The notes below the pieces were generated by a model. It worked only from the letters and a program-made list of their open reading frames with translations, had not been told where the DNA came from and made no database searches. This document shows positions 18,154 to 27,886 of a stretch of DNA of 30,662 bases, in pieces. Each line of letters starts with the position of its first letter. Positions within the stretch are counted from its first letter, which is position 1. Made by a program: the position numbers and the translations under genes. Source of the DNA: an uncultured Candidatus Bathyarchaeia archaeon (GTDB taxonomy: Archaea > Thermoproteota > Bathyarchaeia > TCS64); the NCBI GenBank assembly GCA_964383685.1, contig CAYLJH010000001.1, positions 2,806 to 33,467 of the forward strand, in the 5' to 3' direction.

Positions 18154-19059
18154 TTGATCAGCAAGGCAGGGATACCCATTATCGACGCTCACGCCCACTA
18201 CTTCACAGCCAACACCATGAAGAACTGGCTGAAGAGGGGCAGGACCGTCACGAGCTTCACGTCCAGAACCGCGACACGCACGGACATGACGAGCATCGAG
18301 CTCCCGGACGAGACCTGGGACACCGGCCAGAAATGGGTTGACGAGCTGGACAAGTACGGGATCGAGACAATGGGCGTCATGGTGGGTATCGAGGCATACG
18401 ACGAGTTCCTGGAAACAATGAACCGGTTCCCAGGGCGGTTCATCGGGTACGCCAACATAAACCCCAAGGAAGAGGACGCGGCAGCCAAGGTAAAACGGGC
18501 GGCCAAGGACGGTTTCAAGGGAATTAAGCTTTACCCATCCAGCTGGACAGGTCTCAAGGTCTACGACGAGCCATGCTACCCGGTCTACGACGCCTGCCTG
18601 GCCAACGATATGCTGGTCTTCCTCCACTTCGGCATCACCATTGGTGGTCAAGCGGATCTCCGCAACGGCAACCCCATTGACATTCAGGTGCCAAGCAAGG
18701 ACTACCCCGACCTCAACTTCATCATCGCCCACTTCGGGGCAGGCTGGTTCAGGGAGCTGCTGCTGATGCAGTACCAGGCAGACAACGTGTACGGCGACAG
18801 CAGCGGCAGCAACAGCTGGATGAAGTACCTGCCATACGACATCGACCTGAAGCAGATATTCAGAAAGATTATCACCACGGGCGGCAGCCACAAGGTACTG
18901 TTCGGCACGGACAGCACGTTCTTCCCGAGGGGCTGGAGGATCAACATCCTTGAAGCCCAGATGCAGGCGTGCAACGAGCTCAAGTCGGACGGAATCATCA
19001 ACGACGATGACATCTACAAGATGTTCTACGGGAACATCAAAGAGATGGCCCGCCTCTAA
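18154..19059 (+). CDS. Amidohydrolase-superfamily metal-dependent hydrolase (Amidohydro_2-like)
   Basis: IDAHAH, LHFG, IAHFG and LFGTD metal ligands. Confidence 0.88.
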   Translation: MISKAGIPIIDAHAHYFTANTMKNWLKRGRTVTSFTSRTATRTDMTSIELPDETWDTGQKWVDELDKYGIETMGVMVGIEAYDEFLETMNRFPGRFIGYANINPKEEDAAAKVKRAAKDGFKGIKLYPSSWTGLKVYDEPCYPVYDACLANDMLVFLHFGITIGGQADLRNGNPIDIQVPSKDYPDLNFIIAHFGAGWFRELLLMQYQADNVYGDSSGSNSWMKYLPYDIDLKQIFRKIITTGGSHKVLFGTDSTFFPRGWRINILEAQMQACNELKSDGIINDDDIYKMFYGNIKEMARL

Positions 19060-19095
19060 AACATATATTAAGCCCCCGAGTCGCACCCATGTGTC

Positions 19096-20247
19096 ATGGA
19101 TGACGCGGAGCGTAGATCGATTCTCAGGGTCCTCTACGTCACTATTTTCCTGACATCAACCGGTCTTGGTACCACAACTTTCCTCCTGCCCGTCTACGCT
19201 GAGACCCTCGGGGCAAGCTACACAGACCTGGGTTTGATTGGCGCAGTGGGCAACATTGTCTACACAGCCCTCACCCTCGTCAGTGGCTACATGCTGGATC
19301 GGTTTGAAAAGGTGAGTCTCTACCTCGTCTTCACTAGCTTGGGGGTGATTACCATGGCGCTGTTCGCCTTTGTATCAACTATCCCCCAGATAATGATAGT
19401 CAGGGGGCTCCTGGGGTTGGCCTCAGGGACGTTCTGGGTCGCAGCTAGCACGTTGACGGCACAGATTTCTCCCAGGAAGGAGCTTACACAGTCCCTCGCC
19501 AGGTACAACCTGGCCTGGATAAGCGGGTTCACGGTCGGGCCCTACGTCGGTGGGCTTGTATCCTCGGCCTACGGGTACGAGCTCTTCTTCTACAGCCAGG
19601 CCGCGCTCATTACCGTCAGCATCGTGCTAGTCTTGACCAAGATGCGGGGCAAGATAAAGCTGCTGAACGTTTCGAGCCATGAGAAAGCCACCCTGAGCGA
19701 GCTGCGTCCGCTAACCCTCGCCTACCTCACGTTGATACCGTTCACATTTGTCCTCGGCATCTACATGGCCATAATACCGGGGCACATGAAGGTGGTGGGG
19801 CTGTCGGCGTCCATTATCGGCCTGCTTCTAACGGTCACAAATGGGACCCGAGGGCTGGTGTTTCTCAATATCCAGCGACTAGTCAGGTGGGGTACATGGA
19901 AATCAATGTTCACGGCCTCCCTTTTCATGGCCACGTCAATGTTCCTCGTCAGAACCGGTAGCAACGCTTTGACCTTCGGTGTGCCCCTGTTATTCTATGG
20001 CATTGGTTCAGGGATCATGACTCCCGTCGCCATGGATTTCATCAGCAAGCGAACTCCGAAAAGGCTTCTGGGTACAGCCATGGGTGTCCATGAGGCCATA
20101 TACGGTATAGGGATGTGCTTCGGGCCGTTGATTGGGGGAGCAATAGCTGACACCTACTCGGCTTTCACGCTCTACACGATCCTGGTGGGCGTTGCGCTTC
20201 TCATCATGCCCTTCGCGTACCTCATGACACGTGAGCCCAAGCCTTAA
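19096..20247 (+). CDS. MFS transporter
   Basis: About 12 TM helices; GYMLDRFEK motif A; DFISKRTPKRLLGTAMG second-half repeat. Confidence 0.9.
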   Translation: MDDAERRSILRVLYVTIFLTSTGLGTTTFLLPVYAETLGASYTDLGLIGAVGNIVYTALTLVSGYMLDRFEKVSLYLVFTSLGVITMALFAFVSTIPQIMIVRGLLGLASGTFWVAASTLTAQISPRKELTQSLARYNLAWISGFTVGPYVGGLVSSAYGYELFFYSQAALITVSIVLVLTKMRGKIKLLNVSSHEKATLSELRPLTLAYLTLIPFTFVLGIYMAIIPGHMKVVGLSASIIGLLLTVTNGTRGLVFLNIQRLVRWGTWKSMFTASLFMATSMFLVRTGSNALTFGVPLLFYGIGSGIMTPVAMDFISKRTPKRLLGTAMGVHEAIYGIGMCFGPLIGGAIADTYSAFTLYTILVGVALLIMPFAYLMTREPKP

Positions 20248-20272
20248 ACCTGAAACAGGTATCAGGTTCCCT

Positions 20273-20968
20273 GTGCCGAGGAAAAGGAGAAGTCGGCGGG
20301 GCTACCCGGTTGCGGTTCTGATTGGGCTTGAGAACAAACGCTCCATTTTCTGGAACGTTTTCAGTAACTCGGTCAAATCTGGCGTCGTCAAGAAATGGGT
20401 TGACAACGAGTATAACTTCTTCGAGAGCATGGTAGATGAGCTCAGGCCGTCCATCAAACAGGGAATCAAGACCGTTTTACTTGCCTCGGATGACAAGAGG
20501 AAGTTCGATGGTTTCATGGGCCACATCCAGAAGCACCAAGGATGGATGCTCAAAGGGTATGAGCTGAATAGGGTCTCATTCCAGTACGTCGAGGGCTCGG
20601 CGAAGGACGAGGACGACGTGATGGAGCTTGTCAACGCCTCGGGTTTCAGTGACAAGATCAGGGAGGCCGGGGACGGGGACATGAAGCTGGTCATGAGCGT
20701 CCTTGAGAAACGGCTGTCATCAAGGGACGGTATCGAGACGTTGATGTTCTCGCTGGATGAGGCAGAGGACGCGGTCTATGGGGGACGCGCTGTTGAGTAC
20801 ATCATCACCTCCCAGAAGTTTCAGGAGCGGCACCGGCGAAGGGTTCAGCGTCTTTTCCAGGTAGCAGAGAACAAGGGAGTCAAGACCAGGATTTTACCGC
20901 CCAATTCACCGTACATCGGGCGTGTAGCCCAGTTCGGGGGACTCGTCTGCCTGCTGAGGATAACTTAA
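20273..20968 (+). CDS. Pelota/aRF1-like protein (middle plus C-terminal domains only)
   Basis: C-terminus AVEYIIT...VAENKGVKTRI...FGGLVCLLR matches eRF1 domain 3; FFESMVDEL...KTVLLAS resembles domain 2. Start uncertain (20231 or GTG 20273). Confidence 0.65.
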   Translation: MPRKRRSRRGYPVAVLIGLENKRSIFWNVFSNSVKSGVVKKWVDNEYNFFESMVDELRPSIKQGIKTVLLASDDKRKFDGFMGHIQKHQGWMLKGYELNRVSFQYVEGSAKDEDDVMELVNASGFSDKIREAGDGDMKLVMSVLEKRLSSRDGIETLMFSLDEAEDAVYGGRAVEYIITSQKFQERHRRRVQRLFQVAENKGVKTRILPPNSPYIGRVAQFGGLVCLLRIT

Positions 20969-20993
20969 AACAATTGACGCTTACCCTCACGGC

Positions 20994-22944
20994 ATGAAGA
21001 GGCTAGAGGATTACTCTATCTCAAAGATCCCCCCAGGACCCCGTCTCTGATCCCCAGATAAGCCCAGATGATGAGTTTATCGCGTTCACATACACGGAGG
21101 TCAACTACGAGGAGGACAGGTACGACTCCTCCATCTGGCTGAAAAAACCGGGAGAGGTTGGAAAGAAGCTCACCTACGGGAACAGTGATTCATCTCCAAG
21201 GTGGAGTCCAGACGGTAAACAGATTGCTTTCCTTTCAAACAGGTCACCGGTTGAGGGGACAAAGGGCAAGCAGCTCTGGTTGATCCCTGTTGGTGGGGGC
21301 GAGGCAAGAAGGCTTACGGAGGCCCCGTTGGGTGGCAGGAACCCGTTGTGGAGTTCTGATGGTGACTCGATCTATTTCCACAGCGAGGTTGACGTGGGTG
21401 AGAAAGGAGAAGGCAGTGATGTCGTGATAATCAGGCGGCTCCATTACAAGTACGATCCCAGTCGAGGCATCTACGCCGGCCGTAGGATTCACCTGTTCAA
21501 GGTAGACCTCGATGGAAAAGTGGAGCAGCTCACTGATGGGGAGTACGATGTCAGGGATTACGCGGTCCACCCCGACGGGAAAAGCGTGGAGTTCATATCA
21601 AACATGGACGAGGACGCCGATCTCACCTGGTTCAGGTACATCTACAGCCTGAATCTGGAAACAAAGACGGTTTCTACGCTCTTCAACGGCGAGGATAATC
21701 ACGTCGGTAACATGTCGCGGCTCGGTTGGAGTCCCGCTGGTTCCCGTCTTGCATTCACTGGTCGGCCAATAGAGTCAATGGAATATGTAAAGTACAGAAA
21801 TCAAGAACTGTTCACAGTTGATAGAGAAGGTGGGGTCACCGTCCTGACTGCCTCCCTTGACAGGAGGATCGGGGCACCGCCGGTGATCCAGTGGAGCCGT
21901 GACTCGAAATGGGTTTACTTCACAAAGCCCGAGGCAGGATCAAGGCACCTTTGCAGGGCTAACATGAAAGGTGTAATCGAGTCCATCACGGCAGGTGAGC
22001 TGAACGTCAGCGGTTTCTCGGCTGGTGAGTAGATCAGCGCCCTGACGTACACTGATATGAACCATCCATCTGAACTTTACACTCTCAATGGGGGAAAGTT
22101 ATCAAGGGAAACGCGGATGTCCTCGTTACCCGAGGGCTTCACCGCTCCCGAGGAGTTCTGGTTCAATGCAGGTGACGGCGTCAGAGTCCAGGGATGGCTA
22201 ATTCCGCCAAAGGAAACTATTCTAGGGAAACAATACCCGGCTGTCCTCCAGATCCACGGAGGTCCAAGGATACATTTCGGGTACATGTATCAGGGAATAC
22301 AACACGAGTTCCAGGAGCCTTCAACCCACGGATTTGCAGTCGCTTTCACGAACCCAAGGGGAAGCGTCGGGTACGGAGAGGCGTTCTCGGGAATAATCCA
22401 AGGGAACTGGGGTAACAGGGACTACAAGGACCTCATGGAGGCCATGAACCACGTCATCGAGAACTATGATTACGTTGACGGTGAACGCCTCGGGGTCTGC
22501 GGTGGGAGCTATACCGGCTTCATGACAAACTGGATCGTTGGACAGACTGACAGGTTCAGGGCAAGCATCGCGATGAGGAGCATCAGTAACTGGATTAGCA
22601 TGAGCGGCACCAGCTGCGTAGGTTTTGAGCTTGGGTACCCCCAGCACGACCTATCAGGGGGAAAGCCAATGTGGGAGGATTTTGATAACCTGTGGTACAG
22701 GAGCCCCCTCAAGTACGTCGGGAACGTGAAGCACCCCCACATGTTTATACATGGAGAGAAGGACCACCGCTGTCCCATGGAGCAGGCCGAGCAGATGTAC
22801 ACGGCACTCAAACAGCTGATGAGAGTAACCGAGTTCATCAGGTTCCCAAATGAAGGCCACGGGGTGTCAAGGGAGGGTAGTCCCTCTCACAGGGTGGAAA
22901 GGTTACGCCACATAGTGCGGTGGTTTGACCATCACCTGAACTAG
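20994..22944 (+). pseudogene. S9-family (acylaminoacyl/dipeptidyl) peptidase, disrupted
   Basis: ATG 20994 hits TGA at about 21048. The SDPQISPD...WSPDG propeller frame is offset +1 near a C6 run (21029-21034). In-frame TAG at 22030-22032. Catalytic domain has GGSYTG, HGEKDHRC and EGHG. Confidence 0.8.
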
Positions 22945-22967
22945 AATCCCCTTTTTTATCTCATTTA

Positions 22968-23015
22968 ATGATAAATCAGGTTTATTTCATGGAGAACCTG
23001 ACAACAATTTATCAT
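22968..23015. repeat. Imperfect inverted repeat in AT-rich convergent intergenic region
   Basis: ATGATAAAT-CAGGTT ... AACCTG-(acaaca)-ATTTATCAT. Confidence 0.55.
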
Positions 23016-23203
23016 CAACTCGTGAAAATATCCCTATTTTTTTCTCACCAAATGAGAGCTACTCTCTATTAAAATAAATTATGAATTATGTTATTAATAT
23101 ATAATGAGAATATCATGAAAAAAATGGGGCGGCTGGAAAAAAAAGAAACTCTCAACAAGTGAAAACGTTTCGGGGTAGAGAAAAGGTTGAGGGTGCCCAA
23201 AAA

Positions 23204-24583
23204 TCAGGCGTCTGCCATGAATTTCTGGACTTCTTCAAGGAACGTGCTGGGCTTGTATGTGTTGATCATGGTAATCCCCAGCTTCCTCAACTCGGCTATG
23301 CTCCTCTGTGTATAGGGCCTGAATATACTCTTGTGGGCCAGAGGTGATATGCAGGCACAGACACGGACCCCCATATCAGTCATCCTCTGGAGAATCCTAT
23401 AATTCTCGCTGTCCTGCTCTGTCTCCTCCCCCGGCTGGGTGAGCACGAAGTCGCTGAAGATGAAGACCATCCTGTCTCCCCTTTCATTGATCTCAGTAAT
23501 CTGGTCGTATCCCCACTCCAGGCTCTTTCCTGGAAGGGTTCCGCCCCACGTTATGGATGTTCGACCTTGGCTGTACCGCTTCTCCATCTCAGTGGTTGTG
23601 AGGAACATCATAGACACAAGGTCCTCCAGTATGGGGTTCACGTTGACCTCGTCGTAGAAATCCTTCACGATGTGCGTGTTTGACTCGTAAAAGCACAGGC
23701 CGTACTTTTCCCTCCTGAGGCCCCAGAGCAGCGGCACCATGCTCATGATGCTGTAGCTGATGCTGTTGATGCCCTCCAGGTCGTAGAACATTGTGTTGCT
23801 GATATCAAGGATGAACACGATATGGCGCTTCTGCTTCTGGCGCTGCCTCATCAAGAAATCGTCCCACCTTATATCACTGATCTCCCTGCCGAGGTCCAAT
23901 ATGTTTTCCAGGCTCCGCTCCTCGTCTATGAGGTCGGTGTCCTCCCCAGGCTGGTAGGGAACCAGGTTCCTGCTCTTGTGGAAGTCCTCTTTCCTCTCGA
24001 ACTCTCGGCCCAGTTTCAGCAGCTTCTCCTTCAGTAGTTCCATGAGTACCTTGCGGGCCTCCTTCTTTCGGAGTTCCTTGATGTACTTGATTCCCGTCTT
24101 GATTATCTCGTCCTCGCCTGGACCGACGCCGATATCCGGCTTGTTCTCAAAGCTTGAGAACTGGTCTGGGGCAGACTCGTTTGCGGCCATCCCCAGCTCG
24201 TTCTCAAGACCCTTGGCATAGGGCGTGACCTCGATCTGGTCATCAACGGCCTTCTGGAGGAGACTCATAAAGTCCTCTCCATCAAGGCTGGGGTCAGGCA
24301 ACTGCTCCTCCTGGTCCATGTTGACAAGGATCTCGGCCGCCATCTTCTCGGCTATCTGCTGGTTCTCGACGCTGCTTGTGATAACCGCAACGTTTACCAG
24401 GTCATTAAAAGTGAGGTGTCCCTGCCTCATGAAAGGCGGTAAAAGTAGCTTGCCCATGTTGATGCCTTGTCGGGGGCTGGGCTTGTCCTCGCACTCCCGG
24501 TTACGGCGCATACGTGAAATAAACTCAGGGATAAACCAGTGGGCGTATCGGAACGGATAGGTCATATAGACGTTTTCCGACAC
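23204..24583 (-). CDS. vWA-domain protein, MoxR partner
   Basis: FILDISNT MIDAS-like motif, GGT, FIFSDF; acidic linker; GTG start overlaps the upstream ATPase stop (TAGTG). Confidence 0.8.
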   Translation of the reverse strand: MSENVYMTYPFRYAHWFIPEFISRMRRNRECEDKPSPRQGINMGKLLLPPFMRQGHLTFNDLVNVAVITSSVENQQIAEKMAAEILVNMDQEEQLPDPSLDGEDFMSLLQKAVDDQIEVTPYAKGLENELGMAANESAPDQFSSFENKPDIGVGPGEDEIIKTGIKYIKELRKKEARKVLMELLKEKLLKLGREFERKEDFHKSRNLVPYQPGEDTDLIDEERSLENILDLGREISDIRWDDFLMRQRQKQKRHIVFILDISNTMFYDLEGINSISYSIMSMVPLLWGLRREKYGLCFYESNTHIVKDFYDEVNVNPILEDLVSMMFLTTTEMEKRYSQGRTSITWGGTLPGKSLEWGYDQITEINERGDRMVFIFSDFVLTQPGEETEQDSENYRILQRMTDMGVRVCACISPLAHKSIFRPYTQRSIAELRKLGITMINTYKPSTFLEEVQKFMADA

Positions 24584-25482
24584 TACCCTAGCCTCTTTGT
24601 GACTATCTCCTCGATTATCATGTTAATGGTCTTGCCTTCCTCACGTACACGCATCTCCTTGCTGAGCACGGCGGGGGCGAAGAACTTGATGGCGGCGTCC
24701 TCTCCATCGAACCTCTCGATATACTTGTTCACCAGCTTGGTGAGGAAGATACCTGAACGCGGAGATGCCGGGATCTCAAGGCTGGCCGTGTTCCTGGTAG
24801 CGTTGACTATATCATAGATCTTGTTGAGGGCGCTCTCTGGCAGCGAGAAGGCCGGGGTGTTCTCCTTGATGATGGCCATCTCCGTCTCCTTGTCCGGGTA
24901 GTCAAGCCTGATCCAGCTGCCCATCCTGTCCACCAGCACCTTGCTTAGCCTGTAAGTCCCCGCCGTCTCGATTGGGTTCTGTGTTGAGACGAAGGCAAAG
25001 TTCTCGTGGGCCTTCACCATCCCGATGGGGAAAAGGTGGTAGTGGCGCTCCTCAAGGGGCGCGATGAGGCTGTTCTGACAGAACTCGGTGGCCCTGTTGA
25101 GCTCCTGGGCTACAAACAGGCCGCCCTCGACCATGGCCCTGATCAGCGGACCCGGCTCGAAGCTGCTGATGTTCCTGCCGTTGCGTACTACAAGGGCGGG
25201 GTCAAAGCTTCCGATTAGCCTGCTAGGTGTAACGTTCTCGTCGAAGAATACCTCATGGAAGCTCCTGCCCGTGTCTTCAGCGACTTTACGGGCGAGGAGG
25301 CTCTTGCCGACCCCCGGTGGGCCCACGAGGCATGGTGTGATTCCAGTATCAAGGCTGTCTTTGAGAAGATCGTAGGCCGTCCGGTACTGTCCCCTGAGGA
25401 TGACCTTGTGCTCGATTTTGATGTTCTCTACGATGCTCTTCTCAAGCATCTTGCGGAAGCCCTGTTCTTTTTCCGCCAACAT
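24583..25482 (-). CDS. MoxR-family AAA+ ATPase
   Basis: GPPGVGKS Walker A, LIGSFDP, AQELNRA (variant Walker B), STQNPIE sensor 1, DRM Arg finger, SPR sensor 2. Confidence 0.88.
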   Translation of the reverse strand: MLAEKEQGFRKMLEKSIVENIKIEHKVILRGQYRTAYDLLKDSLDTGITPCLVGPPGVGKSLLARKVAEDTGRSFHEVFFDENVTPSRLIGSFDPALVVRNGRNISSFEPGPLIRAMVEGGLFVAQELNRATEFCQNSLIAPLEERHYHLFPIGMVKAHENFAFVSTQNPIETAGTYRLSKVLVDRMGSWIRLDYPDKETEMAIIKENTPAFSLPESALNKIYDIVNATRNTASLEIPASPRSGIFLTKLVNKYIERFDGEDAAIKFFAPAVLSKEMRVREEGKTINMIIEEIVTKRLG

Positions 25483-25612
25483 TTCTAATTCCAGTGGTTT
25501 ACTGCACAGTACGATTTAAGCCTTGTACAAACTAATGTTGTAATATCACGCCTAGAGGCGACAAAAACCCCGTGTTTGAACCAAGTTTTTACGGCAATTC
25601 CCCGGCAAAAGG

Positions 25613-25630
25613 AAAATCTTGTATATATTT
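25613..25630 (+). promoter_or_regulatory. BRE/TATA-like promoter of the CoA-transferase gene
   Basis: aaaatcttgTATATAttt about 35 nt upstream of ATG 25661. Confidence 0.45.
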
Positions 25631-25660
25631 ACCATCACATTAACCCCACTGAGGGATTAA

Positions 25661-26833
25661 ATGGCTCAACTTTTAGAGGATGTAAGGATACTCGACCTGA
25701 CCCACGTATGGTACGGACCATGGTGCACACTGATGCTCGCCGAGATGGGAGCTGACGTAATCAAGATAGAGCCACCATGGGGCAGCCTTGGAAGGCTCAG
25801 CCAGAGGGGGCCAATGTACGGGGGGGCCAGCCCCACGTTCCACCACCTGAACCTCAACAAGAAGGATCTCTCCATCAACATGAAGGACCCGAAGGGGAAG
25901 AAGATATTCCAACAGCTCGTTGAGAAAAGCGATATAGTTGTCACAAACTTCGTCCCAGGCACCATGGAGCGACTGGGGGTCGGTTACGAGGGCCTCAAAA
26001 AGATCAAGCCCGACATCATCTATGCCGCTCTGAGCGGCTTCGGGGAGACCGGGCCGTACAACAAGCGCCCCAGCTACGCCATGATAGCAGAGTCAATCGC
26101 GGGGTTCACCCGGCAGCAGGGAGACAACGTTGACCCCGAGGGTCCACCGTACACCATGACCGGGGCCTTCGGCGACCTGGCACCGGGTACGATGGCGGCG
26201 ATGGCAATCCTAGCGGCGCTACGGTACCGGGACAAGACCGGTATAGGCCAGAAGATTGACGTGGCCCAGCTTGACACCATGTTCGCATACAACGTCAACA
26301 CCACCACGTACTTCGTCAGCGGCAAGGACGAGGCCACAAGGAGGGCCGAACAGGACGAGTTCAGGAAGAACATCATCAACATCGGAGGCATCCACCCCGT
26401 CAAGGACGGACACATCTTCCTCATGGGCTTCAGGGCAAAGGGGATGGACAGGCTCAAGGAGGCCCTGGGCGTTGACGAGGTGACAAAGGAGATGATCCTA
26501 GACCTCATCAAGGACATGACCCGGCTAGAGGCATCGGACTACTTCGCTGACATCGGCCTCCCGTGCTCCATGATCAACTACGCCAGCGAGTCCACCTCTG
26601 ACCCCCACCTGCTGGCGAGGGACATGATCATCGATATGAACCACCCGTTGCTGGGCGACTACAAGGCAGTGAACTTCCCCATAAAATTCAGCGAGACGCC
26701 GGGAAAGGTCCACAGCCCCGCACCGTTGCTTGGCCAGCACAACGAGTTGCTTCTGAAGGAGTACCTGGGCTACACTGACGAGGAAATCAAGGAACTCTAC
26801 AAGGAAGGCGTCCTCAGCCAGAGGCTGACCTGA
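25661..26833 (+). CDS. Family III CoA-transferase (CaiB/BaiF)
   Basis: RILDLTHVWYGPWCT..LAEMGADVIKIEPP, LNLNKK, NFVPG, SGFGETGPY, catalytic GDLAPG, APLLGQHN. Confidence 0.93.
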   Translation: MAQLLEDVRILDLTHVWYGPWCTLMLAEMGADVIKIEPPWGSLGRLSQRGPMYGGASPTFHHLNLNKKDLSINMKDPKGKKIFQQLVEKSDIVVTNFVPGTMERLGVGYEGLKKIKPDIIYAALSGFGETGPYNKRPSYAMIAESIAGFTRQQGDNVDPEGPPYTMTGAFGDLAPGTMAAMAILAALRYRDKTGIGQKIDVAQLDTMFAYNVNTTTYFVSGKDEATRRAEQDEFRKNIINIGGIHPVKDGHIFLMGFRAKGMDRLKEALGVDEVTKEMILDLIKDMTRLEASDYFADIGLPCSMINYASESTSDPHLLARDMIIDMNHPLLGDYKAVNFPIKFSETPGKVHSPAPLLGQHNELLLKEYLGYTDEEIKELYKEGVLSQRLT

Positions 26834-26968
26834 TCCCCTTTCCCCCTGAGCAACGTATCTTTCCCGGATAAAGGACGTTCGCCCGTTTGTCAAATATTCT
26901 ATGAGTATCTTGAACGTCTTTCCATCTCGCACTATATACTATTTACATTCAATAAAACCCATAAAGAC

Positions 26969-27042
26969 AACCTTAAATGCCAGCGAGGGAGGGTTTCTTT
27001 GAAATCGTTACTCTTAGGACCTACGAGGGTAGACTAACGATT
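26969..27042 (+). promoter_or_regulatory. Promoter and structured leader of the OFOR operon
   Basis: aaccTTAAAT box at 26969-26978; inverted repeat AATCGTTA/TAACGATT at 27003-27042. Confidence 0.4.
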
Positions 27043-27059
27043 AACATAGAGGGAAAACT

Positions 27060-27884
27060 TTGATTGAAATAAGGTTTCACGGCAGAGGCGGCCAAGGAGC
27101 TGTAACGGCTTCAAGGATCATCGCCATAGCTGCTTATGAAGAAGGCAAGTATTCCCAGGCAATCCCAATGTACGGCACTGAGCGCCGTGGAGCGCCACTT
27201 ACTGCTTTCGTCCGAATCGACGATGTCCGAGTCAGGGAGCGTGAGCTCGTTCACAACCCCGGCATCAGCATCGTTCTCGACCCCCTTCTCGCTAAACAGC
27301 AGAGCGTTGTAGACAATCTCTTGCCCGGCGGACTTGTTATTCTGAACTCGACCGACGAGCCCAAGGATGTCAAGCTAGGTGGAGACTTCAAGATCGCCAC
27401 TGTTGACGCTACGACTATTGCACTTGAAACTCTTGGAAGGCCGATCACAAACACAGCAATCCTGGGCGCGTTCGCCAAGGTGACTGGACTGATCACCGTA
27501 GAGTCCATCGAGAAAGCTATCACTAAAAACTTCCCTGGCAGGATCGGCGAGATGAACATCGCCGCTGTCAAGAGGAGCTACGCTGAGGTCAAGGGCCCTG
27601 TTCAGGCAACCGTCACTGACGCACCTGAAGAGAAGCTCGACATTCACGTAGGCGGCTACGGTGTACTGAAAGACGTGTCAAGCTGGAGGGTCTTCACCCC
27701 CGAGATTGACGTCGACAAGTGCATCAGCTGCAAGGCATGCTGGATCTTCTGCCCAGAGACATCCATAAACTGGGACGAGGAGACAAAGAAGCCAAGCATA
27801 AGGTATGCCGCATGCAAGGGCTGCGGAATATGTGCAAACGAGTGTCCAACAGACGCAATCGAAATGGTGAGAGTTGAGGCTTAA
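27060..27884 (+). CDS. 2-oxoacid:ferredoxin oxidoreductase, fused gamma-delta subunit
   Basis: TTG start; HGRGGQG and YGTERRGAP (gamma); [12 protein letters not shown] and [12 protein letters not shown] 2x[4Fe-4S] (delta). Confidence 0.92.
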
Positions 27885-27886
27885 AA

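Noticed and set aside
22030-22032. Pyrrolysine or genome-wide amber recoding
   Set aside because: Eleven called genes here end in TAG, several followed directly by T-tracts. No pyl genes are in the window, and the same gene has an independent frameshift.
22945-23203. Replication origin
   Set aside because: AT-rich, but I see no repeated ORB/G-string elements and no cdc6/orc1 nearby.
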